From: Bacilli bacterium
GTDB taxonomy: Bacteria; Bacillota_I; Bacilli_A; RF39; UBA660
Length of the DNA: 64,000 bases
NCBI GenBank assembly: GCA_017441065.1
Contig: JAFSAI010000010.1
Coordinates: forward strand, 5,378 to 69,377
Direction: 5' to 3'
Below, in pieces: positions 1 to 8,691 of this stretch. Under the pieces are notes generated by a model. The model made no database searches. It saw only the letters and a list, made by a program, of their open reading frames with translations, and was not told the DNA's origin. Positions within the stretch are counted from its first letter, which is position 1. Each line of letters begins with the position of its first letter. The position numbers and the translations under genes were made by a program.

Positions 1-1107
1 ATTGGTCTTCTTATGGTGTTTTCTTCTTCTTCTGTCGCTGCAATACTTAGATATAACAAGGCAACTTCAACATATTTTTTTATAAGACAACTAATATTTT
101 TTGTTGCAGCATTTATTGGTGGATTTATTATTATACATATACCAACTAAATGGTATAAAAGTATATCTTGGTTACTTATTATTGGTATCATAGGGGTCTT
201 AGTATTTTTGCTTTTATATGGTGGAATTACAAATCATGTACAGAGCTGGTTTTATATACCTGGTACCGGTTTTGCTATTCAGCCTAGTGAATTTGCTAAG
301 TCATTTGTAATAATATTTATGGCAGTTTTTTATAATAGTTTAATCCAGAAAAAAATATCAAATGTTTATTTATATTTAATACCATTATCAATTGCAGGCA
401 TTGTTGGATTACTTATTTTGATGCAACCTGACTTTGGGAGTGCTGCAATCCTTTTAGCGATAGCATTTTGTATATTTATAAGTATTCCAATGGTTAAAAG
501 TAATTTACCGAAAATAATGATGATTTTAGGCATTGGTGCGGTTTTATTAGTAGGAGTGCTTTTATATAGTGGTACCGAAATTTTAAATAGTGATCAAATG
601 GAAAGATTTAAATTTCAAAATCCTTGTCAAAGATATAAAGAGGATACAGGGTATCAGGTTTGTAATGGCTATATAGCTATTAATAATGGAGGACTTACTG
701 GTGTAGGTCTTGGAAAGAGTACTCAAAAGTATTTATATTTACCTGAAAGTCATACTGATTTTATATTTGCAATATTAGTTGAAGAATTAGGTTTGTTAGT
801 AGGTATTGGTGTTTTAGGATTATATGCATTAATGTTATATCGAATTTTAAAAATTGCCAAAGAAGCTTATATTTTAAGAAATTCTATATTAGCTTATGGA
901 ACTTTTTGGCTATTTACTTTCCACATAATAATTAATTTGTGTGGTATGTTATCGATTTTACCATTAACTGGTGTTCCACTTCCTCTTATGAGTTATGGTG
1001 GCTCATCAACACTGAATTTTGTTGCAATGATTTTTATAACCCAAAGAGTTGCAATTGAAAATAAAACTACAAAATATCAATTAGAATTAAAAAAATTATC
1101 AAATTAA
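1..1107 (+). CDS. SEDS-family peptidoglycan polymerase (FtsW/RodA/SpoVE-like), 5' end probably outside the window
   Basis: The frame is open from nt 1. It encodes a polytopic membrane protein with SEDS C-terminal motifs (LPESHTDFIFA, LPLTGVPLPLMSYGGSS). Confidence 0.85.
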   Translation: MGLLMVFSSSSVAAILRYNKATSTYFFIRQLIFFVAAFIGGFIIIHIPTKWYKSISWLLIIGIIGVLVFLLLYGGITNHVQSWFYIPGTGFAIQPSEFAKSFVIIFMAVFYNSLIQKKISNVYLYLIPLSIAGIVGLLILMQPDFGSAAILLAIAFCIFISIPMVKSNLPKIMMILGIGAVLLVGVLLYSGTEILNSDQMERFKFQNPCQRYKEDTGYQVCNGYIAINNGGLTGVGLGKSTQKYLYLPESHTDFIFAILVEELGLLVGIGVLGLYALMLYRILKIAKEAYILRNSILAYGTFWLFTFHIIINLCGMLSILPLTGVPLPLMSYGGSSTLNFVAMIFITQRVAIENKTTKYQLELKKLSN

Positions 1108-1157
1108 AAGGAAATCCATAAAAAATCTTTAATATATAAAGTGAAAGGAGGTTTTTT

Positions 1158-1865
1158 ATGGATTTTTTTGATTCTCTAAAAAGCAATAGATTAATTATAT
1201 TAATTATAAGTATTGTTATTAATATTATATTGATTTTTGGATGTTGTTTTCTATTATACAAATATCTAAATTATACTTGTGTTTGTGAAAATGAAAATTT
1301 TGATCTTACTGTTTCTGACGAAGAAATAATTGAACAAGAAAAATTCTATGTAGAAATTAAAGGTGCAGTCAAAAATCCTGGAGTATACGAGGTAGATAGT
1401 ACAAATATAATAAACGATATTGTTAAGCTATCTGGAGGATTTACTAAAAAGGCATATACTAAAAATATTAATTTAAGTAGAAAAGTTTCTAATGAATTAG
1501 TTATATATGTATATACTGAGACTGAATATAAAAAAGCTATAGAAAAAGAAGCGCAACCTATTTGTGAATGTGCTACATATGATATTAGTAATTGTGTCAA
1601 TAATGTTGTAAGTGAAATTGTTTCTAGTGATAAAGATACTTCATTTGAAAATGATATAAAACAAGAAAATAATAAGCTTGTAAATATTAATAGTGCATCA
1701 AAAGAAGAATTAATGACAGTATCTGGCATAGGTGAGAGTAAAGCTGATAATATTATTGAATATCGTACTGCTAATGGAAGTTTTAAATCTATTGAAGAAA
1801 TAAAAAATGTAAACGGTATTGGCGATTCTTTATATGAAAAGATTAAAGATAGTATTACAATCTAA
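1158..1865 (+). CDS. comEA: Competence protein ComEA (DNA receptor, helix-hairpin-helix)
   Basis: It has an N-terminal TM segment and C-terminal tandem HhH motifs (VSGIGESKADNIIEYR, VNGIGDSLYEKIK). The RBS is aaaggagg, and comEC follows it. Confidence 0.85.
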   Translation: MDFFDSLKSNRLIILIISIVINIILIFGCCFLLYKYLNYTCVCENENFDLTVSDEEIIEQEKFYVEIKGAVKNPGVYEVDSTNIINDIVKLSGGFTKKAYTKNINLSRKVSNELVIYVYTETEYKKAIEKEAQPICECATYDISNCVNNVVSEIVSSDKDTSFENDIKQENNKLVNINSASKEELMTVSGIGESKADNIIEYRTANGSFKSIEEIKNVNGIGDSLYEKIKDSITI

Positions 1866-3867
1866 ATATTTATATGTTTTTTTATTACTATTTCTTATTT
1901 TGTATGTATTTATTACAACTAAGTTAATTAAATATGAGTCTCACATTAATAGTAGTGTTATTGAAGGAATTGTAGTTAGTATTAACTATAACGAAGATAA
2001 AATATCATTTGTTTTGAAGGCAAAAGAAAAAATTAAGTGTACTTATTATTTGAAAGAAAATGAAATTTTAGAAAATTTGCTAGGTAAGAAAATAAAAGTG
2101 GAAGGCATAGTTAAATATGTTTCAAATAATACTATTCCAAATATATTTAATTATAAAAAATACTTATATAACAATAATATTTATTTAAATTTTCAGGTAA
2201 ATAATATTGAAATTTTAAATAACGAGAATGTTTTTTATAAATTAAGAAATAAGATAACAGAAAAAATAAATACATATGATGACGATATAAAAACTTATCT
2301 TAATTTATTTATTTTAGGAAATAAAGAATTATTAGATGAGAATATTTATGAAAATTATCGTATAAATGGCATATGGCATTTATTTGCTGTTTCTGGAATG
2401 CATATTAATTTAATAATAAGTGTATTAGATAAATTATTAAAAAGAATAAAAATTAAAAGTTTACTTATTTCTGGAGTTTTATTTTACTTTATGTTTTTAA
2501 CTAACTTTTCTGCATCTGTTTTAAGAACTACAATTTTTTATTTCATTAAAAATATTCTAAACTTTTTACAAATAAAATTAGATAATAAGAAAATTTTGTT
2601 TCTTGCTGCGTTTGTCATTTTATTAATTAATCCATTTATGATGTATAATACTGGATTTCAATATTCGTTCTTAATTACACTATCTATTATGTTAGAAAGT
2701 AAGCATATCAATGGTAATTATTTTGTAAAGATATTTAAAATCAGTTTAATTTCTTTTATTGTTAGTTTGCCTATAACTATAAATATGAATTATGAAATTA
2801 ATTTATTAAGTATGTTTTTAAATATATTTTATGTTCCTTTAATATCTTTAGTAGTATTTCCCCTTAGTATTTTATCTTTTTTTATTTATCCTTTAAGTAA
2901 TATTTTAAAATATCTTGTGCTTATTTTAGAATATACTAATAAAATATTTTATTCATTAAAGCTATGTTTAATTATTCCTAAAATGTCTATAATTTTTATA
3001 ATCATTTATTTTGTATTTTTAGCTTTTTACTATAAAACAAGATTAAAAAGATATATATTTTTTATTGCTGTTTTAATTAGTATTAATATTTTAATTCCTA
3101 AATTAGATAATAATTATTACATTTATTATTTAGATGTTGGTCAAGGAGATTCAAGTTTACTTATAACACCATATAAAAAAGAAATTATCGTGATAGATAC
3201 TGGAGGCTTAATAAATAGTAATTATCAGGTATCAGATAACATTATGTTGTTTCTAAAGAGTCTTGGTATAAGTAAAATAAATACACTTATTATTACTCAT
3301 GGTGATTATGATCATATGGGTGAAGCTATTAATTTAGTTAATAATTTTAAAGTGGAAAAAGTTGTATTTAATTGTGGTGAGTTTAATGAACTTGAACAAA
3401 GTTTAATTAAAGTTTTGAATAAAAATAAAATACAATATTACAGTTGTATTAAAGAATTAAAAACAGATGATAATAAATTGTATTTTTTGAATAATAAACT
3501 TTACGATAATGAGAATGATAATTCAAATGTAATTTATGCCGAACTTAATCATTATAAATTTCTATTTATGGGAGATGCTGGAGTAGAAGTAGAAGAAGAT
3601 TTAATAGAAAAGTATAATCTTAAAGATGTTGATGTATTAAAAGTTGGGCATCATGGTAGTAAGACAAGTTCTAGTAAAACTTTTATAGAGGAGATTAATC
3701 CAAGATATTCGATTATAAGTGTAGGAAAGAATAATAGATATCGACATCCAAATAAAGATGTGTTAAATGTATTAGAAGATTCAAAAATATATAGAACAGA
3801 TAAGTATGGAAGTATTATGTTTAAAATTAAAAATGATAAATTAAAAGTAAAAACTTTCACACCATAG
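1819..3867 (+). CDS. comEC: DNA internalization competence protein ComEC/Rec2
   Basis: It has a multi-TM competence domain and a C-terminal metallo-beta-lactamase domain (ITHGDYDHMGE, KVGHHGSK). The start is uncertain; the ATG at 1834 is an alternative. Confidence 0.9.
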   Translation: MAILYMKRLKIVLQSKYLYVFLLLFLILYVFITTKLIKYESHINSSVIEGIVVSINYNEDKISFVLKAKEKIKCTYYLKENEILENLLGKKIKVEGIVKYVSNNTIPNIFNYKKYLYNNNIYLNFQVNNIEILNNENVFYKLRNKITEKINTYDDDIKTYLNLFILGNKELLDENIYENYRINGIWHLFAVSGMHINLIISVLDKLLKRIKIKSLLISGVLFYFMFLTNFSASVLRTTIFYFIKNILNFLQIKLDNKKILFLAAFVILLINPFMMYNTGFQYSFLITLSIMLESKHINGNYFVKIFKISLISFIVSLPITINMNYEINLLSMFLNIFYVPLISLVVFPLSILSFFIYPLSNILKYLVLILEYTNKIFYSLKLCLIIPKMSIIFIIIYFVFLAFYYKTRLKRYIFFIAVLISINILIPKLDNNYYIYYLDVGQGDSSLLITPYKKEIIVIDTGGLINSNYQVSDNIMLFLKSLGISKINTLIITHGDYDHMGEAINLVNNFKVEKVVFNCGEFNELEQSLIKVLNKNKIQYYSCIKELKTDDNKLYFLNNKLYDNENDNSNVIYAELNHYKFLFMGDAGVEVEEDLIEKYNLKDVDVLKVGHHGSKTSSSKTFIEEINPRYSIISVGKNNRYRHPNKDVLNVLEDSKIYRTDKYGSIMFKIKNDKLKVKTFTP

Positions 3868-3880
3868 AAAGAAGAATGAT

Positions 3881-4540
3881 ATGAAAGAAGAAATCGATAA
3901 AACATATAAGAAAATTGAAAATAAAATATTAAATCATGAAATATATCAAAATGTAAAAGACTATTCAAAAACCAAAGAAAAGATGAGAACTTATATTGAA
4001 GTAGGAGAATTACTTAATAGTATTGATACTAATATGTCAAAAATGTTATTAAAGATTACGCCGATAAATTAACAAATAAATTTGGAAAGAAATATACAGT
4101 TTCTCTCTTATATAAAGTAAAACAATTTTATTCAATTATTGAAAAAGTTCCGACATTGTCGGGAAAATTGACTTGGAGCCATTGGTATGAAATGCTTTCT
4201 ATAAATGATATTGATAAAATATCATATTATGTTCATCAATGTGAAACAAATAATTGATGTTAGAGGTTTAAGGAATATAATTAAATCTAATGAATATGAA
4301 AGATTACCGATTGAAACTAGAACCAAACTAAGTTACAAAGAAAAATTAGATTTAAAAGATTTAGTTCCAAATCCGATTTTGATTGGCAAAAATAATAATA
4401 TAGAGGTAGTTACCGAGGAGGTGTTGCAAAAACTAATAATTGAAGATATTGAAAATTTTATGAAAGAATTAGGTAATTATTTTAGTTTTATAGGGAGTGA
4501 ATTTAATAGAATAATTACTAGAGAATATGAGTTAATATAA
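3881..4540 (+). pseudogene. Fragmented DUF1016/YhcG-like (PDDEXK nuclease family) pseudogene
   Basis: Three frames together spell a DUF1016-like protein (..YADKLTNKFGKKYTVSLLYKVKQFY.., ..LTWSHWYEMLSI.., ..NPILIGKNN..IEDIENFMKELGNYFSFIGSEF..). It is interrupted by stops and frameshifts and is cut off before the nuclease core. Confidence 0.55.
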
Positions 4541-4722
4541 ATATTCCAGTAGATTTGTAATAAAATAACATATAACCAAATATACACTGATTAAATTATA
4601 TAAACATAAAATATAATACATTATGTAATGTTTATATAGATAGGGCTTTTAAGCCCTTTTTATTTTGTATAAAAGTGTAACTCATTATTGAATTTAAACT
4701 TTGCTTTTGAGATAATAAGTAT

Positions 4723-5676
4723 ATGAATACATATTTAATAGTTAGTGAAACAATTTATAATATTGAAGAAAAATTAAAAGAACTTAAGAATGGTATAGAT
4801 AATATCATAACTTTTAATATGGATGAAAATACAATTGATGAAATATTAGAAGAAGCTAGTTATTTTTCAATGTTTGATGATAAGAAGTGTGTTGTAGTAA
4901 AAAATGCTAAAATATTTGGTAGTTCTAAAAGTAGTGATACAAATAAAGCAAAAGAAGATATTAATAAATTACTTAAATATTTAGATGAAGAAAATAAAAA
5001 TACTAAGTTAATATTTATTTATAATGGTAAAGCAGATAGTAAGAAAAAGATATATAATCTATTAAAAAATAATGGTAATGTATTTTCTTTTCCTTCTATG
5101 ACTAAAACTGATATGAAAAATGAACTTAATAAAATAGTTACTAGTAATGGTTATAAAATAGATGATACATCATTATGGTATATTATAAATAATACATTAG
5201 GAAATTTTGACCTAGCTATAAATGAAATAAAAAAAATAATGATTTATTATAGTAATCCAACTACTATTAAATATGAAGATGTAGTAGGACTTACATCTAA
5301 AACTTTAGAAGATAATAATTTTAAATTAATTGATAGTATTATTTCTAGAAATTTAGAGGATTCATTAAAATTATTAAATGAAGCTAAGATATTAAAAGTA
5401 GAACCTAACGTTATATTATCACTTTTATATAGGGAGTTTAGATTAATGTTAAGTGTTTTATTATACGAAAAGAATAAGTATTCTCATGATGAAGTGTTAA
5501 GTAATTTACGATTACAAGAATGGCAATATAGTAAAGTTAAAAATAATTTGCGAATATATAATGAAAGAGAAATAAAAGAAGAGATAGTTAAATTAAGTGA
5601 TATAGATTATAAATTGAAAAGTGGTTTAGTAAATAGAGATACAGTACTAATAAGTTATATTATGGATTTATGTTAG
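4723..5676 (+). CDS. holA: DNA polymerase III delta subunit
   Basis: Length, position after comEC (Bacillus synteny) and delta-subunit-like sequence (LIFIYNGKADSKKK, clamp-loader C-terminal helices). Confidence 0.8.
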   Translation: MNTYLIVSETIYNIEEKLKELKNGIDNIITFNMDENTIDEILEEASYFSMFDDKKCVVVKNAKIFGSSKSSDTNKAKEDINKLLKYLDEENKNTKLIFIYNGKADSKKKIYNLLKNNGNVFSFPSMTKTDMKNELNKIVTSNGYKIDDTSLWYIINNTLGNFDLAINEIKKIMIYYSNPTTIKYEDVVGLTSKTLEDNNFKLIDSIISRNLEDSLKLLNEAKILKVEPNVILSLLYREFRLMLSVLLYEKNKYSHDEVLSNLRLQEWQYSKVKNNLRIYNEREIKEEIVKLSDIDYKLKSGLVNRDTVLISYIMDLC

Positions 5677-5734
5677 AGATATTTATATCTCTTTTTTGTT
5701 GGATAAAAATTCTCAACAAAAATTTCAAAAAAAT

Positions 5735-5761
5735 TTGACTCCGGGGGGGGTAATATATACT
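5735..5761 (+). promoter_or_regulatory. Family promoter with an 8-nt poly-G tract between the -35 and -10 elements
   Basis: TTGACT (5735-5740), then cc, G8 (5743-5750), taata and TATACT (5756-5761). The spacer is 15 nt. Homologous copies lie at 13021-13050, 14081-14113 and 42494-42521. Confidence 0.55.
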
Positions 5762-5792
5762 TACCTTATAAATAAAAGAAGGGTAAGATAAT

Positions 5793-7493
5793 ATGAGAGT
5801 TGTTAACAAAAAACTTTGGATAATAACGATAACTTTGTTAGTAGTAATAGAATGTGTGTTTACATATCTATCAGTCAAATCATATGGTAATAAAGATATA
5901 ACTGAGATAAAAGAAGAAAATAAAGTAAATAAAGAAATGTTTTCAATGTATGTAGAAAATAAAGATGGAGAATACGTAGAGTATACAGACAGTGAATACT
6001 ATCCAATAGGATTAAAATATTACTTTAATGAAGAAAGAAGTAATTGTACAGATAATAAAGGAAAAGTAGTAAATGACGTAATATCATATAACAATAATAA
6101 AATCACTGTATCAAGCAATAAAACGCTATATTGCTATTTATACTTTGATTTAGATAAAGTACCACCACAAACATTTACCTTTTACTTAGGAGGAAATACA
6201 AATCCAGAATATATAAATAAAACAAGTACAACAGTATACCTTTCATGGACAGATACAGATATAGAAAGTTATTGTATAAATACCGAGACTAATTCAAGTA
6301 CATGTAATTGGGTAAGTGCAAGTGGTAACTCAGTAACTGCAAGTTATACAATAAGTACACAAGGAAATAATACAAGATATGCATTTATAAGAGATGCAGC
6401 AGAAAATATATCACCAGTAGTAAGTGATAGTGGATTTTTAGATAGTGTAGCACCAGTAATAACAAGTGCAAGTGATAGTGGAGCAGGAACAGCAAATGTA
6501 ACAGTAACAGAAACTGGAAGTGGAGTACAATATGTATGTGTAAATACAAGTAGTTCATCTACTACAGGATGCGTATGGGATGAAGTAAGTGGAACAACAT
6601 TTACAAGTACAACACCAGTAACTACAACAGGTAACTATTACATACATGTTAAAGATAAAGCAGGAAATATAGGACATAGAACTAGTGCTATAAGTATTGC
6701 AAAACCTTTAACGTTTGGTGAATATTTAATAAAAAATAAACCAGCGAATTTAAGTTCAACTTTAGAAGCAGGAATGTATAGATATCAAGGAACATATAAT
6801 ATTGTTAAAAATAACTACATATGTTTTGGAACAAATAATAAATCAACATGTACGGGAAATACAGATGCATATATGTATAGAATCATAGGAATACAAGAAA
6901 ATGGTCAAATGAAGTTAATAAAGAAAGAAGCTTTAAATAGTACAGTACAATGGTGGAGTGATTATACAACAGATGTAACATGGCCAAATAGTTTAATATA
7001 TACAACATTAAATGGAAATGATTTCTTGCTAAACGAAACATATGTGCCAACAGGATGGGAGAATAAAATAGCAACAACAACATGGAAATATGGAGATACA
7101 ACAAAAAGTGGTAGTTATGATGGACCAACAATATATGCAATAGAAAATGCTTGGACAACTACAGTAAGTGCAAAGATAGGATTAATGTATATACATGATT
7201 ATTATTATGCATATGCAAGTGGAGGAGCACCAGGAAGTTCTAGTAATGCAAGAACAGCGTGGATAAATTTAAGTAAAAACGACACAAGTGCACCAAGCGA
7301 GTCAGAATGGACAATGTCGCGTTACGGTCTTGATGGTAGTGCTTACCGTGCGTGGCGTACGGATTCGTACGCTAATATCGTCGCTCCAAACTTTAACAAT
7401 GCTATTTCGGTTCGTCCGTTATTTTATCTTGAATCAAATGTTAAATTAATAGGTGGTTCAGGAACATCAACTGATCCATATTTAATAAATTAA
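5793..7493 (+). CDS. Mosaic surface-protein family member A (signal anchor, head, two Ig-like modules, C-module type I carrying a VR-like segment)
   Basis: 566 aa. It has an N-terminal hydrophobic anchor, modules ending RDAAENIS and KDKAGNIGH, and a C-terminus WTMSRYG..AWR..SVRPLFYL..GGSGTSTDPYLIN. Paralogs start at 21644, 30959 and 41218. Confidence 0.8.
   Translation: MRVVNKKLWIITITLLVVIECVFTYLSVKSYGNKDITEIKEENKVNKEMFSMYVENKDGEYVEYTDSEYYPIGLKYYFNEERSNCTDNKGKVVNDVISYNNNKITVSSNKTLYCYLYFDLDKVPPQTFTFYLGGNTNPEYINKTSTTVYLSWTDTDIESYCINTETNSSTCNWVSASGNSVTASYTISTQGNNTRYAFIRDAAENISPVVSDSGFLDSVAPVITSASDSGAGTANVTVTETGSGVQYVCVNTSSSSTTGCVWDEVSGTTFTSTTPVTTTGNYYIHVKDKAGNIGHRTSAISIAKPLTFGEYLIKNKPANLSSTLEAGMYRYQGTYNIVKNNYICFGTNNKSTCTGNTDAYMYRIIGIQENGQMKLIKKEALNSTVQWWSDYTTDVTWPNSLIYTTLNGNDFLLNETYVPTGWENKIATTTWKYGDTTKSGSYDGPTIYAIENAWTTTVSAKIGLMYIHDYYYAYASGGAPGSSSNARTAWINLSKNDTSAPSESEWTMSRYGLDGSAYRAWRTDSYANIVAPNFNNAISVRPLFYLESNVKLIGGSGTSTDPYLIN
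7317..7419 (+). repeat. VR-like segment 1 (diverged match to the template-like repeat at 21024-21132; two codons shorter)
   Basis: It opens with tcgcgttacggt and closes with tcggttcgtccg. It is CpG-rich and adenine-poor in an AT-rich gene. Codons vary where the template-like repeat has AAY. Confidence 0.4.
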
Positions 7494-7558
7494 CAATCGT
7501 CAACGAAGACGTTAAAATAGACTTAACCCTTCGGAAGATAGAGATATCTTCCTTTTTT
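7494..7558 (+). terminator. Conserved post-stop element (caatcgtcaacgaagacgttaaaatag) plus a rho-independent terminator
   Basis: The element is shared by all four paralogs. The hairpin ggaagatagagatatcttcc (7533-7552) is followed by a T-run. Confidence 0.6.
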
Positions 7559-7593
7559 AATGAATTAGTGATAAAATATGGACGTGATGTGAA

Positions 7594-8691
7594 ATGAAAG
7601 AAACTGTAGTAATTGGAATGAGTGGCGGCGTTGATAGCGCTGTTGCAGCTTATTTATTAAAAAAAGAAGGTTATAATGTTATAGCTCTTTTTATGCGTAA
7701 TTGGGATAGTACTATTAATGGGGAAGATTTTCAAAATGATGATATAATATGTCCTCAAGAGAGAGATTATAATGATGCAAAAAAAGTATGTGAAACATTA
7801 GATATTCCACTTCACAGAGTTGATTTTATTAAAGAATATTGGGATTATGTATTTAAATATTTTTTAGATGAACTTGAAAAAGGAAGAACTCCTAATCCTG
7901 ATTTATTGTGTAATAAATATATTAAATTTGATTTATTTAAAAAAGAAGCAATGAAATTAGGGGCTAAATATATGGCTACTGGTCATTATGCTAGAGTTAA
8001 AGATGGCAAATTATTGCGTGCAGTAGATTTAAATAAGGATCAAACGTATTTTTTAGCAGATATTACTAAAGAACAACTTGAAAATGTATTATTTCCAATT
8101 GGAGAATTAACAAAACCTGAAGTAAGACGCATTGCTGAAGAACAAGGATTAGTAGTTGCTACTAAAAAAGATTCTACTGGTATTTGTTTTATTGGTGAAC
8201 GTAATTATCAAAAATTTGTAAGTAATTATTTAAAAACTAACAAAGGCGATATTATTGATGTTAAAACTAAAGAAGTTATTGGTACTCATAATGGTTTAAT
8301 GAATTATACTATTGGTCAAAGAAGAAATGTTGGAATTTCTGGTAATACTGAAAGACATTTTGTGTGTGGTAAAGATGTAAAAAATAATATTTTATATGTT
8401 ACTATTGGTGAAGAAGAATACTTATATAGTGATGAATGCATAATTGAAAATGTTAATTTTATAAGCGATGAAAGACCTACAGAATGTAGTGCGAAATTTA
8501 GATATCGTGGAGAAGATATTCCAGTAATATTAGAATACTTAGATAATAATGAAATAAGAGTTAGTTATAAAAATAAAGCTAAATCTGTGACACCAGGACA
8601 AGCTTGTGTACTATATTTAGGTGATGAATGTCTTGGTTGTGGTTTTATTAAAACTGTTTATAAAAATAATGAAAGATTATGGTATTTATAA
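7594..8691 (+). CDS. mnmA: tRNA 2-thiouridine(34) synthase MnmA
   Basis: PP-loop motif VIGMSGGVDSAV and the conserved motifs NPDLLCN and TGHYAR. Confidence 0.95.
   Translation: MKETVVIGMSGGVDSAVAAYLLKKEGYNVIALFMRNWDSTINGEDFQNDDIICPQERDYNDAKKVCETLDIPLHRVDFIKEYWDYVFKYFLDELEKGRTPNPDLLCNKYIKFDLFKKEAMKLGAKYMATGHYARVKDGKLLRAVDLNKDQTYFLADITKEQLENVLFPIGELTKPEVRRIAEEQGLVVATKKDSTGICFIGERNYQKFVSNYLKTNKGDIIDVKTKEVIGTHNGLMNYTIGQRRNVGISGNTERHFVCGKDVKNNILYVTIGEEEYLYSDECIIENVNFISDERPTECSAKFRYRGEDIPVILEYLDNNEIRVSYKNKAKSVTPGQACVLYLGDECLGCGFIKTVYKNNERLWYL

Noticed and set aside
1346-1729. ORF-track entries lying antisense to, or nested inside, longer recognisable genes. Examples are 1067-1261, 1346-1729, 3651-3968, 5660-5878, 6883-7158, 18211-18402, 19084-19290, 22086-22427, 29053-29343, 31595-31834, 31857-32138, 33083-33475, 33946-34278, 42171-42529, 43384-43593, 44289-44781, 45479-45673, 46273-46515, 49609-49983, 50995-51204, 52609-52908, 55011-55313, 56013-56345, 58676-58971.
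   Set aside because: Each overlaps a longer gene with clear family motifs on the other strand or in another frame. They have low-complexity Leu/Ile/Phe/Ser-rich translations typical of AT-rich antisense frames, and they lack a convincing RBS.
5793-5890. The family N-termini read as type IV prepilin (class III) signals, because a Glu lies within the hydrophobic segment.
   Set aside because: There is no G/A-(F/M)-T-L-x-E cleavage motif and no Gly preceding the helix. The Glu sits about 13-15 residues into the hydrophobic stretch, not at +5. An uncleaved signal anchor or an ordinary signal peptide fits better.
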